A stretch of DNA of 64,000 nucleotides from Granulicella sp. (GTDB taxonomy: Bacteria > Acidobacteriota > Terriglobia > Terriglobales > Acidobacteriaceae). This document shows positions 46,113 through 56,107 of this stretch, piece after piece. Both the position numbers and the translations under genes were made by a program. The first letter of the stretch is position 1. Each line of letters starts with the position of its first letter. The stretch spans positions 1,137,286 through 1,201,285 of the forward strand of contig OZ255702.1 of the NCBI GenBank assembly GCA_965276885.1, written 5' to 3'. A model generated the notes under the pieces. That model was not told the origin of the DNA. It saw only the letters and a list, made by a program, of their open reading frames with translations, and made no database searches.

Positions 46113-46838
46113 TCAGACCAGCAGGCCGCCGCCATCGACGGGCAGAATCTGTCCCGTCGCATAGCTGTTGAGCATGAGGTAAACATAGGCTTGCGCGGCT
46201 TCCGCCGGCGTCGCGGCGCGGGCAATGGGCAAGGGCGCTACCACTGACTGCAGCATCGCCTCCGGCATTCGCTTCAATTGTTCGGTAAGGACGTAGCCCG
46301 GATTCACGGCATTGACCCGCACCGGGGCGAGATCCATGGCCAAGCCTGCGGTCAGGTGTTCTACCGCTCCCCCCACTGCGGCCATCATGGGAGTGCCCTT
46401 TCTCGGCCGATGCCCGATCATGCCACTTGTCAGTGTGATCGAGCCATCCTTGGTGATCGTGTGGCAGCAGTGCTTCACCGCCGCAAGTGCGCCCCAGAAA
46501 CGTACCGCTAAGAGCTCTTGCGCTTCGGTGAGGTTGATGTCCTGAATGGAAACAAACATCGGTCCGCCCCAGTCGCCTGCCGTGATTGCCAGATGATCAA
46601 ACGCGCCAACCTGTTTGAAGAAATCTTTGACGCTGCCTTCGTCGCGTAGATCGACGGGGTAGCCCGTCGCACCGTCGAGGCGCTTCGCGGCCGCATCGAC
46701 GTTCGCCTTTTTACTCGATCCAAGAACCACGGAGGCACCCTGCTCGTGAGCCAGTTCGGCTATGGCGAAGCCAATGCCGGTCGCACCCCCAATGACCACA
46801 ACCCGTTTTCCTTTCAGCGACATCGCTGTTCCACTCAT
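46113..46838 (-). CDS. Short-chain dehydrogenase/reductase
   Basis: VIGGATGIG; ITLTSG; VRVNAVNPG; GQILPVDGG. Confidence 0.9.
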   Translation of the reverse strand: MSGTAMSLKGKRVVVIGGATGIGFAIAELAHEQGASVVLGSSKKANVDAAAKRLDGATGYPVDLRDEGSVKDFFKQVGAFDHLAITAGDWGGPMFVSIQDINLTEAQELLAVRFWGALAAVKHCCHTITKDGSITLTSGMIGHRPRKGTPMMAAVGGAVEHLTAGLAMDLAPVRVNAVNPGYVLTEQLKRMPEAMLQSVVAPLPIARAATPAEAAQAYVYLMLNSYATGQILPVDGGGLLV

Positions 46839-46858
46839 TTCGCTTCTCCTTCTGGAAG

Positions 46859-47677
46859 TTAGGCCCGAGCTCCCGCAGTGGAGGGCTTGGCTGCTGTAGT
46901 CGAGGACTTGGGTCCAAACGCCGGCGTCATCTTCGCAAACTGTTTGAGCGCAAAGCCCGGAGCGACGCGGCTCAGGATGTTCAACATAGTTGCAAGGCCT
47001 GGGCGCACCTCTGACTTGCCTGCTTCAATACCCGCAATAGCTTTCTTTGCGAATACCTTCACGTCCATGCCTTTCGGCACTTTCATCTCTCGTTCGAACG
47101 CCTCGTTTCTGAACAGCGGCGTTTCGACGCCCGGGGGAATCACCTCGACGACCGTCACACCGGCATGTTGCATTTGCACGCGCAAGGATGCAGTGAAGGA
47201 GTGAAGAGCGGCCTTTGCCGCGCTGTACACCGGTGATATAGGGAAAGGAATGAGCGCGGCTCCCGACGACACATTGACAAGAAGGGCGTCCTTGCGAGTC
47301 TTGAGATGCGGCAAAAATTGCTTCGTCATCCGAATCGGTCCGCTCAAGCAGACCTCAATCTCACGCGTGATGTCGTCCAGGCCCTGGTCTACGTTGAACT
47401 TTTGAATACGCATGATCCCGGCATTGTTGATCAAGGTATCGAGTTCCGGGAATCTTGAGATGACATTCTCGTAGAGCGCAGCGATCGCGGCGGGATCGCC
47501 AACATCGCTCTTAACAGTCTGGACGCCGCCAAGCTCGCGTTTCGCTTCGTCCAGCTTCTCCTGGCTTCTGCCCGTGACGATCACAACGTTCCCACGCTCT
47601 AAAAGCTGCCTTGCCAATGCGAGACCCATTCCGCTGGTCCCTCCGGTGATCAAGATCGTCCTATTCTGAAGTTTCAT
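46859..47677 (-). CDS. Short-chain dehydrogenase/reductase (DltE-like)
   Basis: ITGGTSGMG; LINNAG; NVSSG; YSAAK; GAGGAG RBS before ATG 47677. Confidence 0.92.
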   Translation of the reverse strand: MKLQNRTILITGGTSGMGLALARQLLERGNVVIVTGRSQEKLDEAKRELGGVQTVKSDVGDPAAIAALYENVISRFPELDTLINNAGIMRIQKFNVDQGLDDITREIEVCLSGPIRMTKQFLPHLKTRKDALLVNVSSGAALIPFPISPVYSAAKAALHSFTASLRVQMQHAGVTVVEVIPPGVETPLFRNEAFEREMKVPKGMDVKVFAKKAIAGIEAGKSEVRPGLATMLNILSRVAPGFALKQFAKMTPAFGPKSSTTAAKPSTAGARA

Positions 47678-47826
47678 GTGTGACTCCTCTCGTTTCCCTG
47701 AATCAAGCCTGAGTTCATGAGGTGGTATAGCAGTTCGCGACCCCATGACTTCCAAGATATGCGGTCAGCGCGATACAATCTATACGTTGGAGTCCACATT
47801 ACCTTTGCAATCGTCCAGGAGATGCC

Positions 47827-48801
47827 ATGGACCCGCTCTCAGATGTGCTGTCATTGTTGAAACCGCGTAGCTATAGTTCGGGAGGCTTTGACGCTGGCGG
47901 AGATTGGTCCATCCAGTATCCCCAGCATGAAGGCTTGAAGTGTTTTGCCGTCGTTTCAGGCGAGTGCTGGCTAGCGGTCGATGGTGTTCCCGAGGCGATA
48001 CACATACAGGCAGGAGATTGTTTCCTGCTGCCGAGCGGTCGATCGTTCCGTGCTGCCAGCAACCTCAACCTGCCGCCGACGGACGTAAGCGAACTTTATT
48101 CGGGGGGACATTCCAGTGAGGTGGTCTCGTGGAACGGCGGAGGGGACTTTTTTCTGATCGGCGGGCACTTCACCGTGGCAAGCAGCCACCTCAGCATCTT
48201 GTTGGAGGTGTTGCCGCCCATTGTGCATCTGCAAAAAGAGGGTGACAAAGCTGCCCTACGCTGGTGTCTGGAGCGAATGGCGCAGGAACTGCGAGACCCG
48301 CAGCCCGGCGGATACCTCGTCGCACAAGACCTTGCCCACATGATGCTGGTTCAAGCTCTGCGGCTGCACCTTGCGCAGGGGACTAACGGCAATGTTGGAT
48401 GGCTCTTCGCCTTGGCAGATAAACAAATTAGCGCAGCCATTTATGGCATCCATGACCATCCAGCGCACCACTGGACGATTCAGAAACTGGCGGAGCGCGC
48501 CGGCATGTCGAGATCAGCCTTCGCAATGAAATTCAGAGAGAAAGTCGGCGCGTCACCGATGGAGTACCTGACGCGCTGGCGAATGTTGCTGGCTGGAGCC
48601 CGACTAAGGGATTCCAGCGATCCTGTATCCGTCATTTCACATTCGCTCGGCTATATCTCTGAAGCCGCTTTCAGCACAGCATTCAAGAGGGTCATGGGCT
48701 GTTCGCCACGGCAATATGGCCGGCGTCCTCCTTCCGCTATGTTGTCAGAGGAGCAGATGAGAGAGGCTCATGCGAACCAGTTAGAACTCGTACATGGTTA
48801 A
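47827..48801 (+). CDS. AraC-family regulator with cupin domain
   Basis: MDPLSDVL; WTIQKLAERAGMSRSAF; LGYISEAAFSTAFKRVMGCSP. Confidence 0.93.
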   Translation: MDPLSDVLSLLKPRSYSSGGFDAGGDWSIQYPQHEGLKCFAVVSGECWLAVDGVPEAIHIQAGDCFLLPSGRSFRAASNLNLPPTDVSELYSGGHSSEVVSWNGGGDFFLIGGHFTVASSHLSILLEVLPPIVHLQKEGDKAALRWCLERMAQELRDPQPGGYLVAQDLAHMMLVQALRLHLAQGTNGNVGWLFALADKQISAAIYGIHDHPAHHWTIQKLAERAGMSRSAFAMKFREKVGASPMEYLTRWRMLLAGARLRDSSDPVSVISHSLGYISEAAFSTAFKRVMGCSPRQYGRRPPSAMLSEEQMREAHANQLELVHG

Positions 48802-48887
48802 AGTTTTGCTAATGAGCAGTGAGAACACATTGAGTGAGCATGAAGGCGCGACCGAAGCCCGAAACGGCACAAGACCTTATTGGCCAT

Positions 48888-48980
48888 GAGCTTTTGAGGC
48901 ACGCCAACAGTCGGATCACGCTGGACGTTTACACCCAGGCAGTGATTTCGAACAAGCGCGCCGCACAGAGTAAGGTTGTT
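48888..48980 (+). pseudogene. Tyrosine integrase C-terminal remnant
   Basis: ELLRHANSRITLDVYTQA contains the His...Tyr catalytic segment and ends about 110 bp from the tRNA 3' end. Confidence 0.75.
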
Positions 48981-49092
48981 GACTCTGGAGTTGTCGCGGT
49001 TAACACACGACAGGCGCTTATTGTGCCCATATCGTGCCCAGATTTGATTGTCACTTGGTCTCCAAACATCCCATAAGTTCCTTTGGAATGTA

Positions 49093-49170
<78 letters not shown>

Positions 49171-49303
49171 GAGTGGAACTAATCGAACTCTGGTGCGCTT
49201 GCAGGGAAGTAAACATCACGGCTGCAAGCAACTCTCCGAGTCTATCGGCTACGGCGGCCGGGGTCAATCCGTGCAAAGCTATCGATCTCAGTTTGCGGCA
49301 AAC

Positions 49304-49879
49304 TTACCAGGCGCGCGACCAGTTTGGGCCGTCCTTCGTCTCGTCGCGCAGGCGAGCGTCGATACCGGCGCGGTGCTCTATAAGCCGGCCGAAGAGCCAG
49401 AGCAGATCGGAGAGCCGATTGAGATAGGAGAGGGCGGAGGGTGGCACCGTCTCGCCGGATTCGTGGAGCCGTACGGCACAGCGCTCGGCGCGGCGGCAGA
49501 CGGTGCGGGCGACCTCAAACGCCGCGGACTCGCGATGCGCTCCGGGCAGGGACCAGTCGGACAGAATGCCCTCAATGGACTCGATGGCGTGCACCTGAGT
49601 CGTAAGCCATTCGACATCATCTTCAGCGAGATCGGTGGTCGTTCTGGGGTCTCCTGGGGGACGAGAGAGCGCGGCCCCCACACGAAATAAGGTGCGCTGG
49701 ATCTCTTCCGTTGCGTTGCGGATCCCGGCATCGCTGCACAGGCTGCGCGCTACACCCATTGTGGCGTTGAGCTCGTCGACGGTGCCGTAGGCTTCTACGC
49801 GCAGATCGGCTTTCGAGATGCGCGTGCCTCCGGTAAGTGCGGTGCTTCCATCGTCGCCTGTTTGGGTTGCGATGCTCAT
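49304..49879 (-). CDS. ATP:cob(I)alamin adenosyltransferase, PduO type
   Basis: TQTGDDGST; EAYGTVDELN; RTVCRRAER; YLNRLSDLLW. Confidence 0.93.
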   Translation of the reverse strand: MSIATQTGDDGSTALTGGTRISKADLRVEAYGTVDELNATMGVARSLCSDAGIRNATEEIQRTLFRVGAALSRPPGDPRTTTDLAEDDVEWLTTQVHAIESIEGILSDWSLPGAHRESAAFEVARTVCRRAERCAVRLHESGETVPPSALSYLNRLSDLLWLFGRLIEHRAGIDARLRDETKDGPNWSRAW

Positions 49880-49925
49880 GGTGCGGGTATTCCTCCCGCT
49901 CCAGCTTACTTCGCAGAGCAGAAAA

Positions 49926-49966
49926 GCAAATTCCCTCCCGTTCGCCTGCGCTCAGGGCGAATGACA
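49926..49966. repeat. Family B REP-like unit, inverted relative to 26835-26874
   Basis: Reverse complement reads TGTCATTCGCCCTGAGCGCAGGCGAACGGGAGGGAATTTGC. Confidence 0.65.
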
Positions 49967-50060
49967 GAAAAGGTAAAGCTGCGCGAGGGCGCCAGATTCC
50001 CTTCGGGAATGCCACAAAGAGAGAAAGCCCTCTACCATCAACAATCAACAGCTACGTGTT

Positions 50061-52802
50061 TTAATGCGGCAGCTGCTGCGTTCCCGTAATCGTGAAGCCC
50101 GCAGTCTGAGCCGGCTCAGGAGCACGTGGATCCCTGGGCTGTGCGCCGCCGACGGAGATCGTATAGCTGCCCGGCTGTACGGCGCGGACACCCTGCGCAT
50201 CCACCTCGGAGAGCTGCCGGGCATCCAGCGTGAAGGTGAGGTGCTTGGTCTCACCCGGTGTGAGCTTTACGCGTTGAAAGCCTTCCAGCTGTACCTGCGG
50301 GGAGAGCCCTCCGTTGCTGCCCGTCGGGGGCGTCAGGTAAAGCTGTGCGACCTCGCCGCCGGTCTTGGCGCCCGTGTTTTTCACGTCGGCCTCGACGGTG
50401 AGGGTGTCGCCCGCATTGACCTGATGCTTGGAGAGCTTGATGCCGGAGTAGGCGAACTTCGTGTAGCTGAGACCGTAGCCGAAGCTGTACAGCGGCTTAC
50501 CTTTGAAATGACGGTAGGTGCGGTTTTTCATCGAGTAATCGGTGAAGGCCGGCAGATCGCTTTCGGAGGAGTAGAAGGTGAGCGGCAGCCGGCCGCTGGG
50601 ATTGTTGCCACCCATCAGCGTGTCGGAGAGCTCTTTTCCACCCGCCTCACCGGGATACCAGGCTTCGAGGATCGCGTTGGCATGCCCATCGGCGAAGTTG
50701 ACCGCCAGCGCGGAGCCGTTCAGCAGCACAACCACCACGGGCTTGCCGGTGGCGGCGAGCTGCTCGAGCAGCTGTTCCTGCGAGGCGGGCAGGTTGATGT
50801 CGGTACGATCGCCGCCGATGAAGCCCGGCAGCTTCACGGGCATCTCTTCACCCTCAAGATTTGGAGAAAGCCCGAGCATGGCGACGACCAGATCGGAGCG
50901 CTTCGCCGCTTCGAGCGCAGCGGGCATCAGCGCTCCGGCGGGCGGCGTCCACTCGAGCGTCAGGCCTGAACCCTGCGTCGCGGAGTCGCGCATGAAGTCG
51001 ATCTCAATCTTATGCTGCTGCTTTTCCGCGAAGTTCACGCTGAACTGCACGGGACCCTTGTGATGCATCTCCACAGGCAGACCGGTGGTTCCGTCGATCT
51101 GCATCGCGGGCTTCTGACCGGCTGCTGCAGGCACCGCGGAGGCGGCGACCTGCTGACCGTCGATTAAGACCTTGTAGTGCTGGCTGGTAGCGCATCCGCG
51201 GCAGCGTTCCACGCGCAAGGTGAACTCATAGCTGCCGGCCCTGGGAGCGGAGAGGGAGCCTGTCCAACGCACGCTGAACGGGGTGGCGGGTGCGTTGCGC
51301 AGCGGGCTGACCCCGCTCCAGTCGAAGTTGATCTCGTGGTCTACGCGCGTCTGCGCCGGCGCTCCGGTGAGGTCGGCGGAGGAGAAATACTCCGCCTTCA
51401 AGCCTTCGTCTCTCGAGTATTCCGCAGGGTGCAGCATGGTGCGGGAGACCGGCATGGCGAAGCCGTCAACATATGGTGCGCCGGGCTGGTACACCACCTG
51501 CGAGCCGGGCAGCGCCGCCCGTAAAGCATCGACCGGCATCAGCGGATCATGCGCCACGCCGTTGTAGTTGCCCTCCAGCGAGGCCAGCGAAGCGGCGTTC
51601 GGTCCAATCACCGCGACGGTCTTGTATTTGCCGCGCTGCAGAGGAAGGATGCCGTCGTTCTTCAGCAGCACCATGGACTCTTCCGCGGCATGCCGGGCGA
51701 CCGTGGCGTGTGCGGGCGAGTTCACCTCACTGAAGGGAATCTGCGCATAGGGCACGTCGGACGTGGGATCGAAGAGGCCCAGCTTGATGCGCGCCAGAAA
51801 GAGCCGTTCGAGGCTGGTGTCGATCTCTGATTCCTTGATCAGTCCCTGTTTCACGGCCGAATCCAGTTTGTTGTAGGTGGAGCCGCAGTTGGTGTCGGTG
51901 CCTGCGAGCAGCGCGGCTTTGTCCGCGTGCTCCGCGTCCGGCTCGGTCATGTGGGTGTTGGGCTTGAAGAAGTCGTCGATCGCGCCGCAGTCGGAGGTGA
52001 CAAAGCCCTTGAACTTCCAGTCGTCACACAGAATGTCGACGAGCAGCAGTTTGCTGCCGCAGGCTGGCTGGCCATCGATGGCGTTATAGGCGCACATGAT
52101 GGAACCGGCCCTGGCATCCACGATCGCCGCGCGGAACTGCGGAAGATAGGTGTCCCAGAGGTCATGCCGGCTGGGGTCGACGTTGAACTTGTGGCGCATA
52201 TTCTCCGGGCCGGAGTGCACGGCGAAGTGCTTGGGCGTGGCGATGACCTTGTAGTACTTCGGATCCGTACCCTGGAGACCTTCAATAAAATTCACGCCGA
52301 GTTGCGCGGTGAGAAACGGATCTTCGCCGTAGGTCTCCTGGCCGCGGCCCCAGCGGGGATCGCGGAAGATGTTGATGTTCGGCGACCAGAAGGTGAGGCC
52401 GTAGTAGATGGCGTGGTTGTCGTGCCGCAGCGCCTCGTTGTTCTTGGCGCGTGCCTCGGTGGAGATCACATCGCCGACCGAGTGCAGCAGCGGCGCATCC
52501 CAGGTTGCGGCCATGCCGATAGCCTGCGGAAACATGGTCGCGTAGCCGGAGCGCGCGACGCCGTGGAGCCCCTCGTTCCAATAGTCGTACGCGGGTACGC
52601 CGAGCCTTGGAATCGCGGCCGCGCTGTTCACCATCTGCCCAACCTTTTCTTCGAGCGTCAACCGGGAGACAAGATCGTGGGCGCGCTGTTCGGCGGCGAG
52701 CGACGGGTTCTGGAAAGGGAAGTTCGTGCTCTCACTGCCGCTCTGGGCGAAGGCGAGCGGCGAGAGACCGCTGAGAAGAATGGCAGTGGCAACTAACCGC
52801 AT
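50061..52802 (-). CDS. GH3 beta-glucosidase/beta-xylosidase with PA14 insertion and Fn3-like domain
   Basis: WNEGLHGV; WSPNINIFRDPRWGRGQETYGEDP; KHFAVH; VTSDCGAI; FGYGLSYT. Confidence 0.95.
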   Translation of the reverse strand: MRLVATAILLSGLSPLAFAQSGSESTNFPFQNPSLAAEQRAHDLVSRLTLEEKVGQMVNSAAAIPRLGVPAYDYWNEGLHGVARSGYATMFPQAIGMAATWDAPLLHSVGDVISTEARAKNNEALRHDNHAIYYGLTFWSPNINIFRDPRWGRGQETYGEDPFLTAQLGVNFIEGLQGTDPKYYKVIATPKHFAVHSGPENMRHKFNVDPSRHDLWDTYLPQFRAAIVDARAGSIMCAYNAIDGQPACGSKLLLVDILCDDWKFKGFVTSDCGAIDDFFKPNTHMTEPDAEHADKAALLAGTDTNCGSTYNKLDSAVKQGLIKESEIDTSLERLFLARIKLGLFDPTSDVPYAQIPFSEVNSPAHATVARHAAEESMVLLKNDGILPLQRGKYKTVAVIGPNAASLASLEGNYNGVAHDPLMPVDALRAALPGSQVVYQPGAPYVDGFAMPVSRTMLHPAEYSRDEGLKAEYFSSADLTGAPAQTRVDHEINFDWSGVSPLRNAPATPFSVRWTGSLSAPRAGSYEFTLRVERCRGCATSQHYKVLIDGQQVAASAVPAAAGQKPAMQIDGTTGLPVEMHHKGPVQFSVNFAEKQQHKIEIDFMRDSATQGSGLTLEWTPPAGALMPAALEAAKRSDLVVAMLGLSPNLEGEEMPVKLPGFIGGDRTDINLPASQEQLLEQLAATGKPVVVVLLNGSALAVNFADGHANAILEAWYPGEAGGKELSDTLMGGNNPSGRLPLTFYSSESDLPAFTDYSMKNRTYRHFKGKPLYSFGYGLSYTKFAYSGIKLSKHQVNAGDTLTVEADVKNTGAKTGGEVAQLYLTPPTGSNGGLSPQVQLEGFQRVKLTPGETKHLTFTLDARQLSEVDAQGVRAVQPGSYTISVGGAQPRDPRAPEPAQTAGFTITGTQQLPH

Positions 52803-52957
52803 GCGAAAACTCCGAAAAATTCGAGAAGCGGGGAGCGTACGGGACGCTCGCCGCCGGGCGAGCCAATCTTACAGACCGCTGGCTGTTATTTACTTTGGGA
52901 ACTGTAATGATTCGACGCAAGCGATGTTAAGGACAGTGAAGGGGGCCGAAATGTCCG

Positions 52958-53101
52958 CTACTGATTGACCGCGCTCGCCAGAAATCCTCCGTCGACGGCG
53001 ATGATCTGGCCGGTAGTGAAGGAGGTTGCGTCCGAAGCGAAATAGAGTGCCGTCGATACGAGTTCCTCGGCGCGGCCGAAGCGGCGCATCGGGGTGCGCA
53101 G
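52958..53101 (-). pseudogene. C-terminal remnant of an SDR oxidoreductase
   Basis: RTPMRRFGRAEELV...FASDATSFTTGQIIAVDGGFLASAVNQ* with no matching N-terminus. Confidence 0.75.
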
Positions 53102-53182
53102 GTTCAGCTCCGCCGGGCCGCATAGTATTACCACATCCGCGCGGCTCGACCCCCAGGCCCACGCCGGAGAGGAGCTCGCCCC

Positions 53183-53701
53183 ATGGAACTGCGATCCTAC
53201 CAGCCAGGCGATCTCGCCGCGATGCATGCCCTGGATATCGTCTGCTTCCCGCCGCCGTTTCGCTTTTCGCGAGGGGCGATGCGACGCTTTGCCGAGGCCG
53301 AAAACGCGCTCGTTCGGCTCGCGTTTCACCCAGTCGACGAAGCTGCACTGCAAGGATTGGTGGCCTTCGGCATCGTGCATGTCGAACAAGTGCGGGGTGA
53401 GCTGTTCGGCTATGTAGTCACCCTCGATGTCGCCCCCGCGGCGCATGGAAAGGGCATCGCCGGGGCTCTGATGGGCAGTCTGGAGTATGCGGCAGCGCAG
53501 GCCGGGGCGCAAACGATGTCGCTGCACGTGTTCAAGGCGAATGGGGCCGCCATCCGCTTGTATGAACGGCTCGGATACGCGTTTGTGCGCACCGAAAGGA
53601 GCTTCTACGGCCCCGGTCTCCATGCCCGGATTTATTCAAAGCCGCTCCGTTCGCCAATGGGGTCGCCGGTCGCTGACCCAGCTGTGCACAAGAACGGCTG
53701 A
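53183..53701 (+). CDS. GNAT (RimI-like) N-acetyltransferase
   Basis: VTLDVAPAAHGKGIA motif A; LHVFKANGAAIRLYERLGY. Confidence 0.9.
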   Translation: MELRSYQPGDLAAMHALDIVCFPPPFRFSRGAMRRFAEAENALVRLAFHPVDEAALQGLVAFGIVHVEQVRGELFGYVVTLDVAPAAHGKGIAGALMGSLEYAAAQAGAQTMSLHVFKANGAAIRLYERLGYAFVRTERSFYGPGLHARIYSKPLRSPMGSPVADPAVHKNG

Positions 53702-55356
53702 GCGGCGTTGGAGGGCGGAACGAGCAGTGCGTCCAGTCGCGCGTCGTAGCTGCGATTGAAGCGCAGAACCGCGGCCCACTCGCCATTGCGGTTGTCCTCC
53801 CAGGCAACGCGGCCGCCGAGCATCGCCGCGATCTCCCCGGGAGAAAGATCATGCTGCTCGGCATACTTTCGGCCGCGCCTGGACTCCGGGTGGTTGCGGA
53901 GATACTGCGCCAAAGCGGGCGCTGTGTAATGCGTGGTGAAGACCAGCGCCACGTCATATCGGCCCGGCTGTTCAGCGGCTTTCTCGATCTCCGGCAGGGT
54001 GAAGTTCTCGATAGAGAAGACAGCGAAGTGGTGATCGGTGTAGCCCAGTTCCGGTCGCAGGAGCTCCGCGGCGGCGGGCCAGGCGGTGAGTACGGTGGCA
54101 TGGGGATCGTGCTTCTCCAGGTAGGCGATCGCCTCCTGATGCACAACAATCATGTCGCGATAGGTGAGGTTGTCTTCGGGAGCGAAGTAGGTGGGCGGAT
54201 TCAGCCAGAGCGCGCTGAGGAAGGCTGCGCCTGTGAGCACGGCGAGCCATGGCCAGTGCGCCGTACGGCTCTGCCAGACCGAGACGCAGACGAGCAGCGT
54301 CAGTGGATATATAGGCAGCAGGTAGCGCGTGAGCAGAGCCCCGCCGAGTACCGAAAATGCCAGCCAGTTGGCAAGGATCAGCAAGGCGATTGCATACAGG
54401 ACGCGGCGTGGCAGGATAGTTGCGGAAGGCTCGCTTCGGCGCGGCAGAAGAAAACAGGCCCCCGCCATCAGAACGGGCAGCCAGATGTTTCGCTGCCAGA
54501 ACAGGTGCAGGCAGCGATACCAGAGCGAGAGGGCGATGTGCGCCGCGGTGAGGTTTCCCGTCGCGTTGTAGCGCAGAAATGCCGGGTTTCCGAAGGTGAA
54601 GCCGGTCTTCCAACGGTGGTAGCCGAACCACAGCGCAAGCACCGGAACCGGGATGGAAAGGGCCCCGAGCCAGCGCAGATGTGCGCGGCGGCTGGCCCCA
54701 TCCTTTGCCTTGAAAGCCGCGCAGAGCTCAAGCCCGGCCAGCGCGGCCGGTTGCAGCACAGCGGTCTCCTTCGACAGGACGGCAAGGCAGAAGAGCACTG
54801 CGGCGGCGCGCAGCCGGCGAGTCCCGGAGACGTCCGCGCCGCCTGCGCCCGGCGCAACCTGTTCAGGCGCCGTGAGGTAAGCCGCGAGGCCCCCCAGCGT
54901 AAACGCGGCGGCGAAGATGTCAGCGTGGGCCAGACTGCTTTGAGCAAACCAGATGGGGTACGCCCCGGTGAGCGCCGTTACCGTGAGCGCCACGCGCGCA
55001 TTCAACAGTCGCCGCGAGAACTCAAACGCAGCCACCAGCCCGCATGCCGCAAAGGCGCAGGCGGTAAGCCGCGTAACGAGAATGCCGAAGCCGAAGACGT
55101 GCCAAAGCAGCCCGAGGACGACGTTCGGCAGCGGCGGATGCGCGTTCGTGAACTGCGGGATCAGCGTCCAGTGGTGGTAAAAATCCAGCGCCGCCGGGAC
55201 GTAGTAGCCGCCTTCATCCCAGAAGTACGGCAGCCGCAGCAACGTGAGGTGCGCTACAGCCACTGCCGCAAAGATGAGGAGAAAACGAGCCAGAATCGGC
55301 CACGCGGCAAAGCGATCGGGCCAACTGCCAGAGGACTCCACCCCATCGTGCGACAC
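53632..55356 (-). CDS. Multi-pass membrane glycosyltransferase (GT-C, ArnT/PMT-like)
   Basis: PYFWDEGGYY; HPPL; LSKET; RYLLP; many TM segments. Overlaps the GNAT gene tail to tail. Confidence 0.82.
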   Translation of the reverse strand: MSHDGVESSGSWPDRFAAWPILARFLLIFAAVAVAHLTLLRLPYFWDEGGYYVPAALDFYHHWTLIPQFTNAHPPLPNVVLGLLWHVFGFGILVTRLTACAFAACGLVAAFEFSRRLLNARVALTVTALTGAYPIWFAQSSLAHADIFAAAFTLGGLAAYLTAPEQVAPGAGGADVSGTRRLRAAAVLFCLAVLSKETAVLQPAALAGLELCAAFKAKDGASRRAHLRWLGALSIPVPVLALWFGYHRWKTGFTFGNPAFLRYNATGNLTAAHIALSLWYRCLHLFWQRNIWLPVLMAGACFLLPRRSEPSATILPRRVLYAIALLILANWLAFSVLGGALLTRYLLPIYPLTLLVCVSVWQSRTAHWPWLAVLTGAAFLSALWLNPPTYFAPEDNLTYRDMIVVHQEAIAYLEKHDPHATVLTAWPAAAELLRPELGYTDHHFAVFSIENFTLPEIEKAAEQPGRYDVALVFTTHYTAPALAQYLRNHPESRRGRKYAEQHDLSPGEIAAMLGGRVAWEDNRNGEWAAVLRFNRSYDARLDALLVPPSNAAQPFLCTAGSATGDPIGERSGFE

Positions 55357-55359
55357 GGG

Positions 55360-55701
55360 CTAGTTCGCGGGGCCCTGGCCACCGGCAAAGCGGGGCTGAC
55401 CTGCCGCCTGGGGCGGGTCCAGGGAGATGGTACCGAAGGCGGCCTCATACTGGGCCAGATTCTGCGACAGGATCGAGTGGAGGGCCTTGGCCTGTTGCGG
55501 GCTGATGTAAATGCCCTGAAAGTTGCTGACATCCACTGCATCCGGGGCGGTCTGCTGCAGCGTCCCAAAGACTAGCAGGAAGTCCCACACCGAAAGCCGT
55601 ACCTGCACGCTGTTGGCGTAGGAGTCGCGGTAGTCGGGGGTTTTGGTAAGGGTGACGCGGGTGTTGTCGGGCTGCGTAAAGGTCTGGCTGTTATCGCTCA
55701 T
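55360..55701 (-). CDS. DUF3467-like small protein
   Basis: YANSVQV...DFLLVFG...ISPQQAKAL...NLAQYEAAFG. Confidence 0.8.
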   Translation of the reverse strand: MSDNSQTFTQPDNTRVTLTKTPDYRDSYANSVQVRLSVWDFLLVFGTLQQTAPDAVDVSNFQGIYISPQQAKALHSILSQNLAQYEAAFGTISLDPPQAAGQPRFAGGQGPAN

Positions 55702-55762
55702 GTTGTGCTGGGGCTCATTTCTGGTGTGGAAAAAGGTCGATGAGGTGTGCGGTTCGGCAATC

Positions 55763-55846
55763 TGGTGCGGAAGAAGGGACTCGAACCCTCACGCCGTAAG
55801 GCACAGGCTTCTAAGACCTGCGTGTCTGCCATTTCACCACTTCCGC
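55763..55846 (-). tRNA. tRNA-Leu (UAG)
   Basis: GCGGAAG/CTTCCGC acceptor stem; CAGGT-CTTAGAA-GCCTG anticodon arm; long variable arm; encoded CCA. Confidence 0.96.
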
Positions 55847-56107
55847 GCCCTGTTCAGCGTAGCCCGAATGGGCGGGTGAGGCAATGCGCTGAGACCGGAT
55901 GACCGAGCCCGTTTCCCAAAACGGTCCAGCTTTGCCGACCGGCGGCAAATTACTTCGGCGTCATGCAAGAAGAGACTGTGGAGAACGTGAACTCTGCCGA
56001 TAACGTCTCAAGGAGATGAGAGACACGGGCCCGGAACAGCCTCCGGCTGCGACCAGCGGAGACTTCACTGCATCAGATGCATGTAAGTTGATAGAAAGGC
56101 GCTCAAC

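Noticed and set aside
53632-53701. 70-bp tail-to-tail overlap of the GNAT and glycosyltransferase genes
   Set aside because: Convergent overlaps of this size are common in GC-rich genomes, and there is no sign of a special function.
55860-56107. CIRCE or other heat-shock operator upstream of lon
   Set aside because: No TTAGCACTC-N9-GAGTGCTAA or other convincing palindrome was seen.
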